A stretch of 64,000 bases of DNA from an uncultured bacterium (GCA_963695335.1 OY968764.1:1024001-1088000); one strand, 5' to 3'. Shown: positions 46,547-57,159, counted from the first letter of the stretch. Program-made: numbers and translations. The notes: a model not told the origin generated them from the letters alone.

Positions 46547-47269
46547 AAAATATGCGAGAAATTCTTTATTGCCTTTTGTGCCAGTAATGGGTGAATCAAT
46601 TACACCTTTGCATTCAAAGCCATGTTTTTCAATTCCTCTGACAACCACATTCACTATTGCCTGCCGCACATGATCATCACGCACAATACCACCCGCACTA
46701 ATTTCTTCTTTACTCGCTTCAAACTGCGGTTTGATAAGAACTATTAAACTGCCATCTTTTTTTAATACTTTACACACGGTTTGCATCACAGCTAAAACGG
46801 AAATAAATGATAAATCAAGCGTTATCATATCAACCGGTTCACCAACAGATTCGAGCAGTCGTAAATTTGTTTTTTCTAACAATACAAGACGCTCATCGGT
46901 CCGTATTTTTTCATGCACATCGCCGTACCCAACATCAATGCCATATACTTTTTTTGCACCACGCTGCAACAAACAATCAGTAAAACCACCAGTAGAAATT
47001 CCCGCATCCAAAACAGTTAAACCATGCACATCAATATGGAAGTGATCCAGTGCTTTTTCCAACTTTAAGCCTGCGCGGCTCACAAATTTTTGTTCTTCAA
47101 TGGAATACGTAATTTTTGCATCTTCCGTTACAATAGTTCCGGGTTTGGTTACTTTTTCACCATCAACAAACACTTTTCCCTGCATAATCCAACTTTGAAT
47201 ATGCTTTTCATCATATTCTGGTAACAGTTCATGCAACTTAACATCTAAACGTTTTTTTATTTTTGCCAT
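46535..47269 (-). CDS. tlyA: TlyA family rRNA methyltransferase/haemolysin
   Basis: KRLD S4 domain, FVSRAGLKL, LDAGISTGGFTDCLLQ.GA, DLSFIS, LIKPQFE, G.KGN.EF. Confidence 0.95.
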   Translation of the reverse strand: MAKIKKRLDVKLHELLPEYDEKHIQSWIMQGKVFVDGEKVTKPGTIVTEDAKITYSIEEQKFVSRAGLKLEKALDHFHIDVHGLTVLDAGISTGGFTDCLLQRGAKKVYGIDVGYGDVHEKIRTDERLVLLEKTNLRLLESVGEPVDMITLDLSFISVLAVMQTVCKVLKKDGSLIVLIKPQFEASKEEISAGGIVRDDHVRQAIVNVVVRGIEKHGFECKGVIDSPITGTKGNKEFLAYFLRH

Positions 47270-47271
47270 AC

Positions 47272-48168
47272 CTATTTTTCAGCCCCCTTAATTTCTTTAC
47301 ACACACGATAATGTCTAAAATAATCTAACAATAGATTTTTATCTTTTTTCTCTACTTCCTTCTTTTCTTCTATAATACCTTCTTTATTAAGATTTTTTAA
47401 ATCAAATAACAGATAATTCTCTTGTATTGGGTCACATCGATAATCTTGCCCATATGCAGCAATATACGTCCCCTGCTTATTGAACATTAACCGTGCAACG
47501 GTAAAATCATCATGAACCTTACATGTATAATTTTCTACAACCTTCATTAAGCGTGAATCCATTGAATCTTCTGACATCTTATATATCTCACTTTTTTCTG
47601 TAATTTTATGTATCACTAAAACATGATGACGGACCCAATGTGATCCAAGACAAGCTTCTTCCTTATGTTCCTCTTCTTTGATCACCGCAAACATAGTACC
47701 AGTCGATGCAAGACCAATTGCCCGATGGCAACCGTTGTCAAAATGACCAACGTGTATTACTTTCTCTCCTTCTGGCTGTTGCAAATCAACGATAATTAAT
47801 CTTGAAGTTTTACAACTCACGCATCGCGATTGATTACACGTATGAAAAAACCAATCACACAAAGCAACTTTATATTTATCAGGGGAAAAAACACCATAAA
47901 CAGGGCCTTTTTTCAAATGAATATCATCAGAAAAATATGCGTAATGTTCCTTAGGAAACTTCTCATCTTTTTCTATTTTTATCCGCGCAAGAAATTGTTC
48001 TTGCTCTTCCCAAGGTAAAAATTGAGTTATACAATTCCACAGGTCAACAGGTATCATTGCGAGATAACATACTTTATCTTGAGAAACCTCGGGTTCCATA
48101 GAATTGACATGCAATGAAATACATAGAAACAACAGTAAAGTTGATTGGAAAAATATATATTTTTTCAT
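47272..48168 (-). CDS. Secreted F-box-like/beta-propeller-like protein (family with 57160-59272)
   Basis: CYLAMIPVDLWNCITQFL F-box-like motif; FNKQGTYI; C-terminal LLDYFRHYRVCK. Confidence 0.65.
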   Translation of the reverse strand: MKKYIFFQSTLLLFLCISLHVNSMEPEVSQDKVCYLAMIPVDLWNCITQFLPWEEQEQFLARIKIEKDEKFPKEHYAYFSDDIHLKKGPVYGVFSPDKYKVALCDWFFHTCNQSRCVSCKTSRLIIVDLQQPEGEKVIHVGHFDNGCHRAIGLASTGTMFAVIKEEEHKEEACLGSHWVRHHVLVIHKITEKSEIYKMSEDSMDSRLMKVVENYTCKVHDDFTVARLMFNKQGTYIAAYGQDYRCDPIQENYLLFDLKNLNKEGIIEEKKEVEKKDKNLLLDYFRHYRVCKEIKGAEK

Positions 48169-48307
48169 ATTCAACCTCCGTAAAAATAAAAATAAACAGT
48201 TATATATTGTTCATATCACAAATAACTGTTATTTTTTAACTGATTGCTGCAATTTCTTAACCATATCAAACAATGAATAGGCAAAGCGCAACATCAATAT
48301 TTTTTAA

Positions 48308-48757
48308 CTACACATTACGCATGATAGCTATCATATCTAATGCTGCATCAACACAATCTTTACCTTTATGTCCATGAATACCACCACACCGCTCTAAAGC
48401 TTGAGATTCATTATCTGTTGTTAAAATACCAAATATTACGGGTATGCCATGTTCAATAGCAATTTTCTGGCACCCATAACTTACTTGCCAACAAACATAA
48501 TCATAATGATCAGTCTCTCCGCGAATAACGGCACCGAAGCATACGATAGCTTCGTATTTTTTTTTCATTACTAAACGTGCGGCAACAACTGGAATCTCCA
48601 CCGCGCCTGGCACAAAAAAAATATCTTCTTGCGGAATCATAATATTTTTTTCTTGCAACCGAGAAATTGCTCCTTCATATAATAATTGCGTAACTTCTTG
48701 ATTAAATCGACTCGTAATAATTGCTATTTTTGGTTGATCTACATTTTTTTCATACAT
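48308..48757 (-). CDS. ribH: 6,7-dimethyl-8-ribityllumazine synthase
   Basis: SRFN, VPGAVEIP, GAVIRGETDHY, PVIFGILT. Confidence 0.96.
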   Translation of the reverse strand: MYEKNVDQPKIAIITSRFNQEVTQLLYEGAISRLQEKNIMIPQEDIFFVPGAVEIPVVAARLVMKKKYEAIVCFGAVIRGETDHYDYVCWQVSYGCQKIAIEHGIPVIFGILTTDNESQALERCGGIHGHKGKDCVDAALDMIAIMRNV

Positions 48758-48793
48758 AGTAAACTTCCATTACATACTTTTTATTAATCTATT

Positions 48794-49993
48794 TTATAAC
48801 TGTTCAAAAAAAGGAATATGATGACCTAACTTAAATGCTTTTGAAAACTGATAACGCTCATTATATTGATTAACTTCAACTAACAAGGGAACATGGATAA
48901 CATTAATATTATGCTTTTTTAAATAATCAATTTTACTCGGATTGTTAGTTAAAAGACGAACAGTTGTAATACCTAAATCCTGTAACACTTTTATTACTAC
49001 CTCATACCTACGTATATCAGTAGCATGTCCTAATGCATGATTTGCCTCAACTGTATCTAATCCTTCATCTTGCAAAGCGTAAGCTTTAATTTTTTCAGTC
49101 AATCCAATACCTCGACCTTCTTGTCGCAAATACATCACAATGCCTGTGCCTTCCTGTCCAATCAAAGATAATGATTTCCTTAATTGTGTACCACAATCAC
49201 AACGTAATGATTCAAAAACATCTCCAGTTAAACATTCAGAATGAATTCGAATAAGCGGAATATCATCAACAGAAAAAGATCCTAATAACATAAGTACATG
49301 TTCTTTTCCTTCTGCATCATGATAAATAGATTGCTTAAATAAACCCCATGGTGTAGGCAACATTGTTGTACAGATATTTTGTATTTCAGTATTCATACGA
49401 TGTTGTACCAATTCATCAATCGAAACAATCGGTAAATTATGTTGCGATGCAAATTTTTTTAAATCAGGCAAACGCATCATAGTACCATCATCATTAAGAA
49501 TTTCACAAATAACACCACCAGGCACTAAACCAGCAAGACGTGTTAAATCAACTGCAGCTTCAGTATGTCCGCGCCGTTCTAATACACCACCGTTTTTTGC
49601 TTTTAAAGGAAAAACATGACCAGGAACAACAAGTTTATCTCTACAGCTTGTTGGATCAACTGCTAAACGAATTGTCAATGCTCGATCATGCGCCGAAATA
49701 CCAGTAGTGATTCCATCCTTTGCATCAACAGAACAGGTAAATGCTGTTCCAAATGCATCTGTTTCTCCCACATTTCTCACCATAAGCGGAAGATCTAATC
49801 TTTCCACTTGCCCAAAAGGCAATGCTACACAAATTAATCCTCGACCAAAACGCGCCATAAAATTAATCTGCTCTGCAGTAATCATACTTGCCGAGCAAAC
49901 TAAATCACCTTCATTTTCGCGATTTTCATCATCAACAACAATAATCATATTACCTTTTTGTAAACAGTTTAAAGCTTTAATAACAGTATTCAT
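48794..49993 (-). CDS. ribBA: DHBP synthase / GTP cyclohydrolase II
   Basis: DDENRENEGD, PGHVFPL, RGHTEA, RIHSECLTGD...RCDCG, QEGRGIGL, LLTNNP. Confidence 0.96.
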   Translation of the reverse strand: MNTVIKALNCLQKGNMIIVVDDENRENEGDLVCSASMITAEQINFMARFGRGLICVALPFGQVERLDLPLMVRNVGETDAFGTAFTCSVDAKDGITTGISAHDRALTIRLAVDPTSCRDKLVVPGHVFPLKAKNGGVLERRGHTEAAVDLTRLAGLVPGGVICEILNDDGTMMRLPDLKKFASQHNLPIVSIDELVQHRMNTEIQNICTTMLPTPWGLFKQSIYHDAEGKEHVLMLLGSFSVDDIPLIRIHSECLTGDVFESLRCDCGTQLRKSLSLIGQEGTGIVMYLRQEGRGIGLTEKIKAYALQDEGLDTVEANHALGHATDIRRYEVVIKVLQDLGITTVRLLTNNPSKIDYLKKHNINVIHVPLLVEVNQYNERYQFSKAFKLGHHIPFFEQL

Positions 49994-50591
49994 TATTACT
50001 CTCTTTTTGTTTAAGCAATTGTGCCACTGTTTTGACAATATGATCAATTTCAATATTCACTTGCATTCCAATTCGATAGTTTTGAACAATGGTCACTTTT
50101 TGTGTATGCGGAATAAAACATACGCTAAAAAAATCTAATTTTGAATCTACTAATGTTAAACTCATACCATCAATTGCAATATATCCCTTGGGAATAAAAC
50201 AATCTTTATATAAATCAAGTTTTTTAAACCATATTTTTAATGCACATCCATCTTGCTCAATCAACTCAATAGTCGATATTCCATCAATATGTCCCTGAAC
50301 AAAATGTCCACCAATGCGGGTTACTGCTGTTATAGCACGTTCAACATTAACATAATCGCCAGCCACTATTTTTTTTAAATTAGTAAGTCGCAATGTTTCA
50401 GGCATTGCTTCAAATATCAAACTATTTTTCAACCTACATATCACTGTTAAACACACACCGTTAATAGATACGCTATCACCAATATCAACAGCATCTAAAC
50501 ATTTCTGCATTTGAACAGTAATAATAGATTTGTCTCTGTGATGATCAACCTGCATAACTATTCCCACATCTTCAACTATACCACTAAACAT
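49977..50591 (-). CDS. ribE: Riboflavin synthase alpha chain
   Basis: MFSGIVE, GDSVSINGVCLT, VNVERA, GGHFVQGH, KGYIAIDGMSLT. Confidence 0.95.
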   Translation of the reverse strand: MFSGIVEDVGIVMQVDHHRDKSIITVQMQKCLDAVDIGDSVSINGVCLTVICRLKNSLIFEAMPETLRLTNLKKIVAGDYVNVERAITAVTRIGGHFVQGHIDGISTIELIEQDGCALKIWFKKLDLYKDCFIPKGYIAIDGMSLTLVDSKLDFFSVCFIPHTQKVTIVQNYRIGMQVNIEIDHIVKTVAQLLKQKESNNEYCY

Positions 50592-51739
50592 TCTCTACTC
50601 TCCTTGTATGTCACTATAAAATCATCATATGTTGCTGGCGTGAACGATGTTTCTGACACAAAACAAATATCCGGTCCCAACTGTATAATTTCTTTTGGTT
50701 TTACATAAAACTCATCATATTTATCCAAAAAATTCTTTCCCATTATAGGCGATAAACTATCAGCATCACCTATAATTTTTGGCGCCATATAGGTATAAAT
50801 CTTATTCACCAAACCCGCGTTAAAAAAAGAAGTTAATAACTGGCTCCCACCTTCAACCAACATACTCGAAATGCCGTTTGATCCAATGATATCAACAACT
50901 TCAGGTAAATATAAAAAATTATTTTCAAGAGAAACAAAACAATGCTCAATATTATTTTTATCAAGCATTGTAAGAAAATTTGGACATGCTTTATGGCTTG
51001 TCATAACTAATGTATTCCTACCTAAAGTAAATAATTTGCGATCATAAGCAAGATTACCTTCAACAGTCAATACGATAGGACGTGGTAACATATTTAAATT
51101 GTCACCTATACCATAACGAACAGTAAGCTCAGGATTATCAATACGAACTGTATTTTCTCCTACCATGATAGCCCCAACTTGTGCACGAATAGCATGCGCA
51201 TGGGCCCGTGCCTGATCAGAAGTAATCCAACGATTTTTTTCTGTAATAACAGATTGATTAATAGCAATCTTACCATCCAAACTCATTGCCCATTTTACAA
51301 TAACAAAAGGTCTTTTATGAGTAATATAATAAAAGAAAACTTTATTAAGCTCATATGCTTCTTGCGCACATTCCCCAAGAAAAACCTCTATCCCTGCGTG
51401 ACGTAATTTTTCAATTCCACGACCTGAGACTAATGGATTAGGATCAGCTAAAGCAATATGTACTGATTTAACAGATGCCGCAATAAGGGCATCTACACAT
51501 GGCGGTGTCCGACCAAAGTGAGAACATGGTTCAAGCGTAAGATAGACATCTGCTCCACATGCCAATGAATTTGCCTCAACAAGAGCATTAATTTCAGCAT
51601 GATTTTCTCCTGCTTTAAGATGCGCACCTGAACCAACAATTTGATTATTTTTTACAATTAAGCACCCAACCATAGGATTAGGCATACACGTGAAACGTCC
51701 ACTTTCTGCTATACGTAAAGCTTCATTCATGAATTTCAT
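50576..51739 (-). CDS. ribD: Pyrimidine deaminase/reductase
   Basis: PNPMVG, HAE, TLEPCSHFGRTPPC, K.AMSLDG, WIT, DNP.L, VEGG. Confidence 0.95.
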   Translation of the reverse strand: MKFMNEALRIAESGRFTCMPNPMVGCLIVKNNQIVGSGAHLKAGENHAEINALVEANSLACGADVYLTLEPCSHFGRTPPCVDALIAASVKSVHIALADPNPLVSGRGIEKLRHAGIEVFLGECAQEAYELNKVFFYYITHKRPFVIVKWAMSLDGKIAINQSVITEKNRWITSDQARAHAHAIRAQVGAIMVGENTVRIDNPELTVRYGIGDNLNMLPRPIVLTVEGNLAYDRKLFTLGRNTLVMTSHKACPNFLTMLDKNNIEHCFVSLENNFLYLPEVVDIIGSNGISSMLVEGGSQLLTSFFNAGLVNKIYTYMAPKIIGDADSLSPIMGKNFLDKYDEFYVKPKEIIQLGPDICFVSETSFTPATYDDFIVTYKESRECLVV

Positions 51740-51802
51740 TTTGCATTCCTTTTTTTTCTTTATAAAGTAAAACAAAATATTTTCATTCGATAAAGGAAAA
51801 AA

Positions 51803-52630
51803 ATGATAAAGAATTATCAAATCATTCAATCACTTAAAAATATAGAGCATAAATACTCAACATATCTTATTGATGTGGTTGGTGTTATTTGTGATGGAAA
51901 AGAACCTTTTTATGATGCTATTAAAGCAATCAATTATCTTATAAAAAAAAATAAACAAATCATTTTTTTATCTAATAATCCACGACCAGCTTGGTTTATC
52001 AAAAAAAAACTACAGACATTTGGCATAACAGAAAATTATCACACTGTTACATCTGGTGATTTATTACATCACACACTCAAAACGACACTTGCTGGCAAAA
52101 AAATTTACCATCTTGGACGAAATCGCCAACATACATTGTTAGAAGGAACAAATGCCCAGATAACTCATTCGATTTGTGATGCTGATGCAATCATTCTCAG
52201 TTGTTTTGTTGAAGGCGATGAAAATCAAACAATATTTGACAAAGATTTAAAAGAAATTAGTAATTCCAATCAACCAATTTATTGTCCCAACCCTGACCGA
52301 CTTGCACTGGAAGGGTCTATATTACGATATCCATCAGGCTATTTTGCTCATAAACTTGCTCAGCGTGGTTGCCCTATTATCTATCTTGGTAAACCATCAC
52401 GCATGATATATGAGTTTATTACACAAATTCATCCTCATCTCAATTTTACTCATGACACAACGCTCATGATTGGTGACACAGTTGAAACTGATATTTGTGG
52501 CGCAATCAATTTTGGTATCGACTCTTTACTCGTATTGAGTGGCATTACTGGTTTACTAACAAAAAACAACATACTCGCTATTGCGCAATCACCCTATCAA
52601 CCAACATATATAATCGAAAGATTGTTATAA
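51803..52630 (+). CDS. HAD superfamily subfamily IIA phosphatase
   Basis: LIDVVGV, LSNNPR, NPD, GKP, MIGDTVETDI.GA...G..S.LV.SG. Confidence 0.88.
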   Translation: MIKNYQIIQSLKNIEHKYSTYLIDVVGVICDGKEPFYDAIKAINYLIKKNKQIIFLSNNPRPAWFIKKKLQTFGITENYHTVTSGDLLHHTLKTTLAGKKIYHLGRNRQHTLLEGTNAQITHSICDADAIILSCFVEGDENQTIFDKDLKEISNSNQPIYCPNPDRLALEGSILRYPSGYFAHKLAQRGCPIIYLGKPSRMIYEFITQIHPHLNFTHDTTLMIGDTVETDICGAINFGIDSLLVLSGITGLLTKNNILAIAQSPYQPTYIIERLL

Positions 52631-52700
52631 TATTTCAGTGAAAAAGCGGCATGATTTTCTTCATGCCGCCTCAAATAATCACTAATAATATAATTCTTTT

Positions 52701-54377
52701 TTATAATGCTGGTGGTGTTGGGATTCCAAAAACCTGACATAACACCAATGCAATAATATACGCTGGATAGCAAACATTACCATTAGATGTTTTTGGTTGC
52801 GCACTATTATCACCAATATATACGTTTTCCAGTCCGAATACCTTCAAATTACCATCAACTACACCATTGGATATATTAGTGCCCATTTTAGCCGTACCCA
52901 CGATATGTGATTGTATGGTTAGCTGTCCCAGTGCAGCATTCAGCAGATCAGCATCACTTGCAAATTGCGCTGGCGTAGGATAAATCACCGTCGCTCCTGC
53001 CAAAGCGGCTGCTGCTTGTATTATTTTGTAGAAAGAAACTTGTAAATATGCATCAGTACCTGGTGTGGAAACTGAACCGTCAGTAAATAAACCGATATCA
53101 ACTTTAGGTTGAATAAATGGATTATTGGTTGTTCTGGTAATAGATCCTCTACTCTGAGGATCGAGAATTAGAGGAAGATCTTCTATAGACTCTGGACTAG
53201 CTATGGGTAAATGAATAATTTGTATACGGCGCACACCATCATTAGGCATGAAAGGATATGCATCAATAAATGCTTCTGCCCCAAACGGCACAGTACCCGT
53301 AAGAATTGCTGATCCACCATACTGGCATTGTAAATTCTGACCAACATTTGGACTATCTAGTACAACAGAAATACCAATCGCTTCAAGATCTGCTGCTGGA
53401 CCAACACCAGATTGTAATAATAAATTAGGAGTTTGTACCGATCCTGCTGCCAAAATCAATGTTCCAGTATTTTTGGTTAAGCTTGCTTTAATCAATTCGT
53501 ATTCAATTTCATGTTTTTCATTATTTTGTACAGTATAATGCACTGACGTTGCACGCATTTGACTGTTAATTCTAATATCCAATACTTGAGCATTGGTGAT
53601 AACTTTTAATTTTCTTCCATTAATACCCTTTCCATTAGCATCAATTACAGGGCTTAAGAATTCAAGTGCAGAAAAACTTCTATGACTGCCTGCTCCCGAT
53701 GTTATAAACTGTTGCACCGCAGAAATACCAATATCACCTAAAGAAGGATCATTATAATCAGAAATAAATGGTGTCAATGTTACTGTTGATAGTGCACTTA
53801 AATAAGGATTCGTAGGATCTAATGGTTGACCTTGAGTTACAGAAATAGGACCTTTTGTTCCGCGTTCTGCTGGATTCGCAACAGTCCCATCAGGAGTATA
53901 TGTTTCAAGAGATTTCATAAGTCTTAACACATTACCGTAGTATGACCACTTTGCATTCCCTGTTATTGCTTCCCATTCATTATAAATACTTGGTGTTCCT
54001 CTCACAGTAAGCAAAAAATTATGTGCCCCACCACCACCAAGTTCATGTCCTTCAGAGTAAGAATACAAAGTCAAAGGTGGAAACGCCACAGGATAAACAA
54101 GAGAAAATTTGGGATCAGCAATTAATGTAAGTGCATTATCTAACCAATTAGGGTCAAGCGTTACTGGATCATCAATATAATTACCACCAGCTTCAAGCAT
54201 CAAAACAGAATTACAACCATTGTCACTCAATTTACGCGCAAGTATACACCCCGCAGCACCACCGCCCACAATAATATAGTCATATCGTGTTTTATGATCA
54301 TTTGAATCAGCATGTATTATGCTACCCACAAATAATAATAAAGCAATCGTAATATCTCTCGAAACATGTAACTTCAT
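52701..54377 (-). CDS. Secreted GMC oxidoreductase (FAD-dependent)
   Basis: Signal peptide; YDYIIVGGGAAG, LEAG, LGGG, ILAAG...P.LL..SGVGP, H.VGT..MG, VVD..LKV.G. Confidence 0.9.
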   Translation of the reverse strand: MKLHVSRDITIALLLFVGSIIHADSNDHKTRYDYIIVGGGAAGCILARKLSDNGCNSVLMLEAGGNYIDDPVTLDPNWLDNALTLIADPKFSLVYPVAFPPLTLYSYSEGHELGGGGAHNFLLTVRGTPSIYNEWEAITGNAKWSYYGNVLRLMKSLETYTPDGTVANPAERGTKGPISVTQGQPLDPTNPYLSALSTVTLTPFISDYNDPSLGDIGISAVQQFITSGAGSHRSFSALEFLSPVIDANGKGINGRKLKVITNAQVLDIRINSQMRATSVHYTVQNNEKHEIEYELIKASLTKNTGTLILAAGSVQTPNLLLQSGVGPAADLEAIGISVVLDSPNVGQNLQCQYGGSAILTGTVPFGAEAFIDAYPFMPNDGVRRIQIIHLPIASPESIEDLPLILDPQSRGSITRTTNNPFIQPKVDIGLFTDGSVSTPGTDAYLQVSFYKIIQAAAALAGATVIYPTPAQFASDADLLNAALGQLTIQSHIVGTAKMGTNISNGVVDGNLKVFGLENVYIGDNSAQPKTSNGNVCYPAYIIALVLCQVFGIPTPPAL

Positions 54378-54536
54378 AGACACCCTTTTTAGTAAAATAT
54401 TAAACATTCTATACAGTTCTATCAAATTACATACACACAATCAAGCCTTACATAAAAAATATTGCAAAAAACGAACACCTTATACTACCTTATCAAACAA
54501 ATATCACAGAAATATATTTATGAAAAAAGGATATGT

Positions 54537-57002
54537 ATGAAAGCATTACGCTATACCATTTTACTCCTCTTTCTTTCCACCCCCGAAGAGACAAAACCTG
54601 AATACAGGTATATTAAATCACTACAGAACGTAAACCTTTCTGATTTGCCATTAGTTGGCGGTAAAAACGCATCACTGGGGCAAATGATCAATGCATTAAG
54701 CCATAGTGGTATTAGAGTACCACAAGGTTTTGCTATTACCGTTGATGGATATAATGCTTACATGAATTACAACAATTTAACGGAAAAAATTACTGACCTT
54801 GCAAACCAAATTACCGATATCAATGATTTAAAAAATCTTAAAATCATCAGTGAAGAAATTCGCTCTCTTATTGAAAATGGAAACATTCCAGCAGATCTTG
54901 CACAAGAAATTGCCTACGCATATCAAGAGTTATCAACCTATTATAATGAGGCACAATGCGATGTTGCAGTACGCTCATCCGCTACCGCTGAAGATTTGCC
55001 AGATGCATCATTTGCAGGCCAACAAGATACCTTTTTACACGTACAGGGAACACAAAATGTTCTGACCTATTACAAAAAATGTATCGCATCTTTATTCAAT
55101 GATCGTGCAATTGCATACCGTAAAGAACAAGGTTTTGATCAGATGGAAGTAGCACTTTCTGTTGGCGTACAAAAAATGGTGCGTTCTGATCTTGCATGTT
55201 CTGGTGTTGCATTTTCACTCGATACAGAAAGCGGTTTTTCTGATGTTGTGGTAATTAATGGTTCATATGGTCTTGGTGAAGCAATTGTACAAGGCGCGGT
55301 TACACCAGATGAATATATTGTACATAAACCAACGCTCAACCAAGGATTTGCTCCTATTATTAAAAAACATCTTGGAATCAAAAACAATAAAGTTATTTAT
55401 AGTAATGAACAAAATTTAATAGAAACAGTTCAAGTCTCACAAGATGATCAACAACAGTATTGTTTAACCAATGCTGAAATTCTTGAACTGGCTCGTATGG
55501 TAATGATCATCGAACAGCATTATTCACAACAATATATCAAACGCAATGGTACCTGGACCCCTATGGATGTTGAATGGGCAAAAGATGGTGTTGATGGCAA
55601 ATTGTATATTGTGCAAGCACGTCCAGAAACAGTGCACAGCGCAATGCGTGAAAATGTTCTACAACTTTATACCCTTACACAAAAACAATCAGAAGATAAT
55701 GTGATTACCAAAGGTATTAGCGTTGGGCAAAAAATTGCACATGGCACTGCACGCACTATCAATACAATAGAAGATATTAATCAAATCAATGCAACCGATA
55801 TTATCATCACTGATATGACAAATCCTGATTGGGTTCCTGCAATGAAACAAGCTGCTGGTATTATCACCAACCGTGGTGGTAGAACATGCCACGCAGCAAT
55901 AGTCAGCCGTGAACTTGGCATCCCTGCAATTGTTGGTACACAAAATGCAACAGAGACAATCATCAATGGCCAAAATATTACGCTTGATTGCAGTGGTGGA
56001 ACAGTTGGCCTTGTCTATGATGGCCATGTACCCTTTAATGTTGCACGCGTATCTTTAGATAATATCGGTACAGCCCCAGTTCCCATAATGGTAAACATCG
56101 CTGATCCTGATAGCGCATTCAAAACATCATTCTTACCATCTGCAGGAATTGGTCTTGTGCGTTTGGAATTTATTATCACCAATGCGCTTAAAATACACCC
56201 CATGGCGTTACTGCATCCTGAAATGGTTACAGATATATCAGTTCGAGAAAAAATTGAGCAAACAACCGCAGCATATGAAAGCCCAACAGAGTTCTTTATT
56301 GAACAACTCGCGTGTGCAGTTGGTATGATGGCAGCAGCATTTTACCCACGCCCCATTATTGTGCGCTTCTCTGATTTTAAAAGTAACGAATATTATAATT
56401 TAATTGGTGGATCATATTTTGAACCGATCGAAGAAAATCCCATGATCGGTTTTCGCGGTGCATCACGCTATTACCATCCGCAATACAAAGAAGGTTTTGC
56501 GCTCGAATGTGCAGCAATGAAAATTGTTCGTGAACAGATGGGACTCACCAACGTGAAAATGATGATACCATTTGTGCGCTCACTCAAAGAAGCTGAAAAT
56601 GTTATTACAGAAATGTGCAATAACAAATTAGAACGTGGTGTTAATGGCCTTGAAGTTATTATGATGTGTGAACTGCCATGCAATGTGATGCAGATTGAAG
56701 AATTTGGTGAGTATTTTGATGGATTTTCTATAGGTTCCAATGATCTTACGCAAACGACCATGGGAATTGATCGCGATTCAGCATTAATAAGTTCAATTTT
56801 TGACGAACGTGATTTGGCGGTAAAAAGAATGCTTATCAGAGCAATACATGAAGCAAATAGAATTGGTAAATATATTGGTATTTGTGGTCAGGCACCTTCA
56901 GATTTTCCTGATCTTGCTGAGTTTTTAATAGAAACAGGAATCAATTCAGTTTCTCTTACACCTGACACTGTCATCCCATTTCTTATGCGTTACACCCAAT
57001 AA
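54537..57002 (+). CDS. ppsA: Phosphoenolpyruvate synthase
   Basis: VGGKNASLG, VRSSATAED, SFAGQQ, DVEWAKDG, GGRTCHAAIVSRE, EENPMIGFRG, FSIGSNDLTQ, ICGQAPSD. Confidence 0.96.
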   Translation: MKALRYTILLLFLSTPEETKPEYRYIKSLQNVNLSDLPLVGGKNASLGQMINALSHSGIRVPQGFAITVDGYNAYMNYNNLTEKITDLANQITDINDLKNLKIISEEIRSLIENGNIPADLAQEIAYAYQELSTYYNEAQCDVAVRSSATAEDLPDASFAGQQDTFLHVQGTQNVLTYYKKCIASLFNDRAIAYRKEQGFDQMEVALSVGVQKMVRSDLACSGVAFSLDTESGFSDVVVINGSYGLGEAIVQGAVTPDEYIVHKPTLNQGFAPIIKKHLGIKNNKVIYSNEQNLIETVQVSQDDQQQYCLTNAEILELARMVMIIEQHYSQQYIKRNGTWTPMDVEWAKDGVDGKLYIVQARPETVHSAMRENVLQLYTLTQKQSEDNVITKGISVGQKIAHGTARTINTIEDINQINATDIIITDMTNPDWVPAMKQAAGIITNRGGRTCHAAIVSRELGIPAIVGTQNATETIINGQNITLDCSGGTVGLVYDGHVPFNVARVSLDNIGTAPVPIMVNIADPDSAFKTSFLPSAGIGLVRLEFIITNALKIHPMALLHPEMVTDISVREKIEQTTAAYESPTEFFIEQLACAVGMMAAAFYPRPIIVRFSDFKSNEYYNLIGGSYFEPIEENPMIGFRGASRYYHPQYKEGFALECAAMKIVREQMGLTNVKMMIPFVRSLKEAENVITEMCNNKLERGVNGLEVIMMCELPCNVMQIEEFGEYFDGFSIGSNDLTQTTMGIDRDSALISSIFDERDLAVKRMLIRAIHEANRIGKYIGICGQAPSDFPDLAEFLIETGINSVSLTPDTVIPFLMRYTQ

Positions 57003-57028
57003 CTTAATCATAATCCTCTTCTCAACAA

Positions 57029-57056
57029 GCAAGCCTGCGAATTCTCGCAGGCTTGT
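57029..57056. terminator. Intrinsic terminator-like hairpin
   Basis: CAAGCCTGCGA-ATTC-TCGCAGGCTTG. Confidence 0.65.
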
Positions 57057-57060
57057 GTCA

Positions 57061-57157
57061 TTTAACCCCATCTTCATTACATTACAATGGGGACCCCAAT
57101 AAGAAAATATCTCCCCGCGCTCGTCCTGAGCCTATTGAAGGATATCTTTGAGCGCAT
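57061..57157. repeat. Family-C repeat adjacent to family-A half
   Basis: TTTAACCCCATCTTC...AATGGGGACCCCAAT then CCCGCGCTCGTCCTGAGCCTATTGAAGGATATCTTTGAGCGC. Confidence 0.75.
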
Positions 57158-57159
57158 CT

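Noticed and set aside
51740..51802. FMN riboswitch upstream of ribD
   Set aside because: Intergenic space is only ~63 bp of A/T-rich sequence.
16634..57157. CRISPR array from the recurring palindromes
   Set aside because: Copies are dispersed or inverted, not regularly spaced direct repeats with unique spacers; no cas genes.
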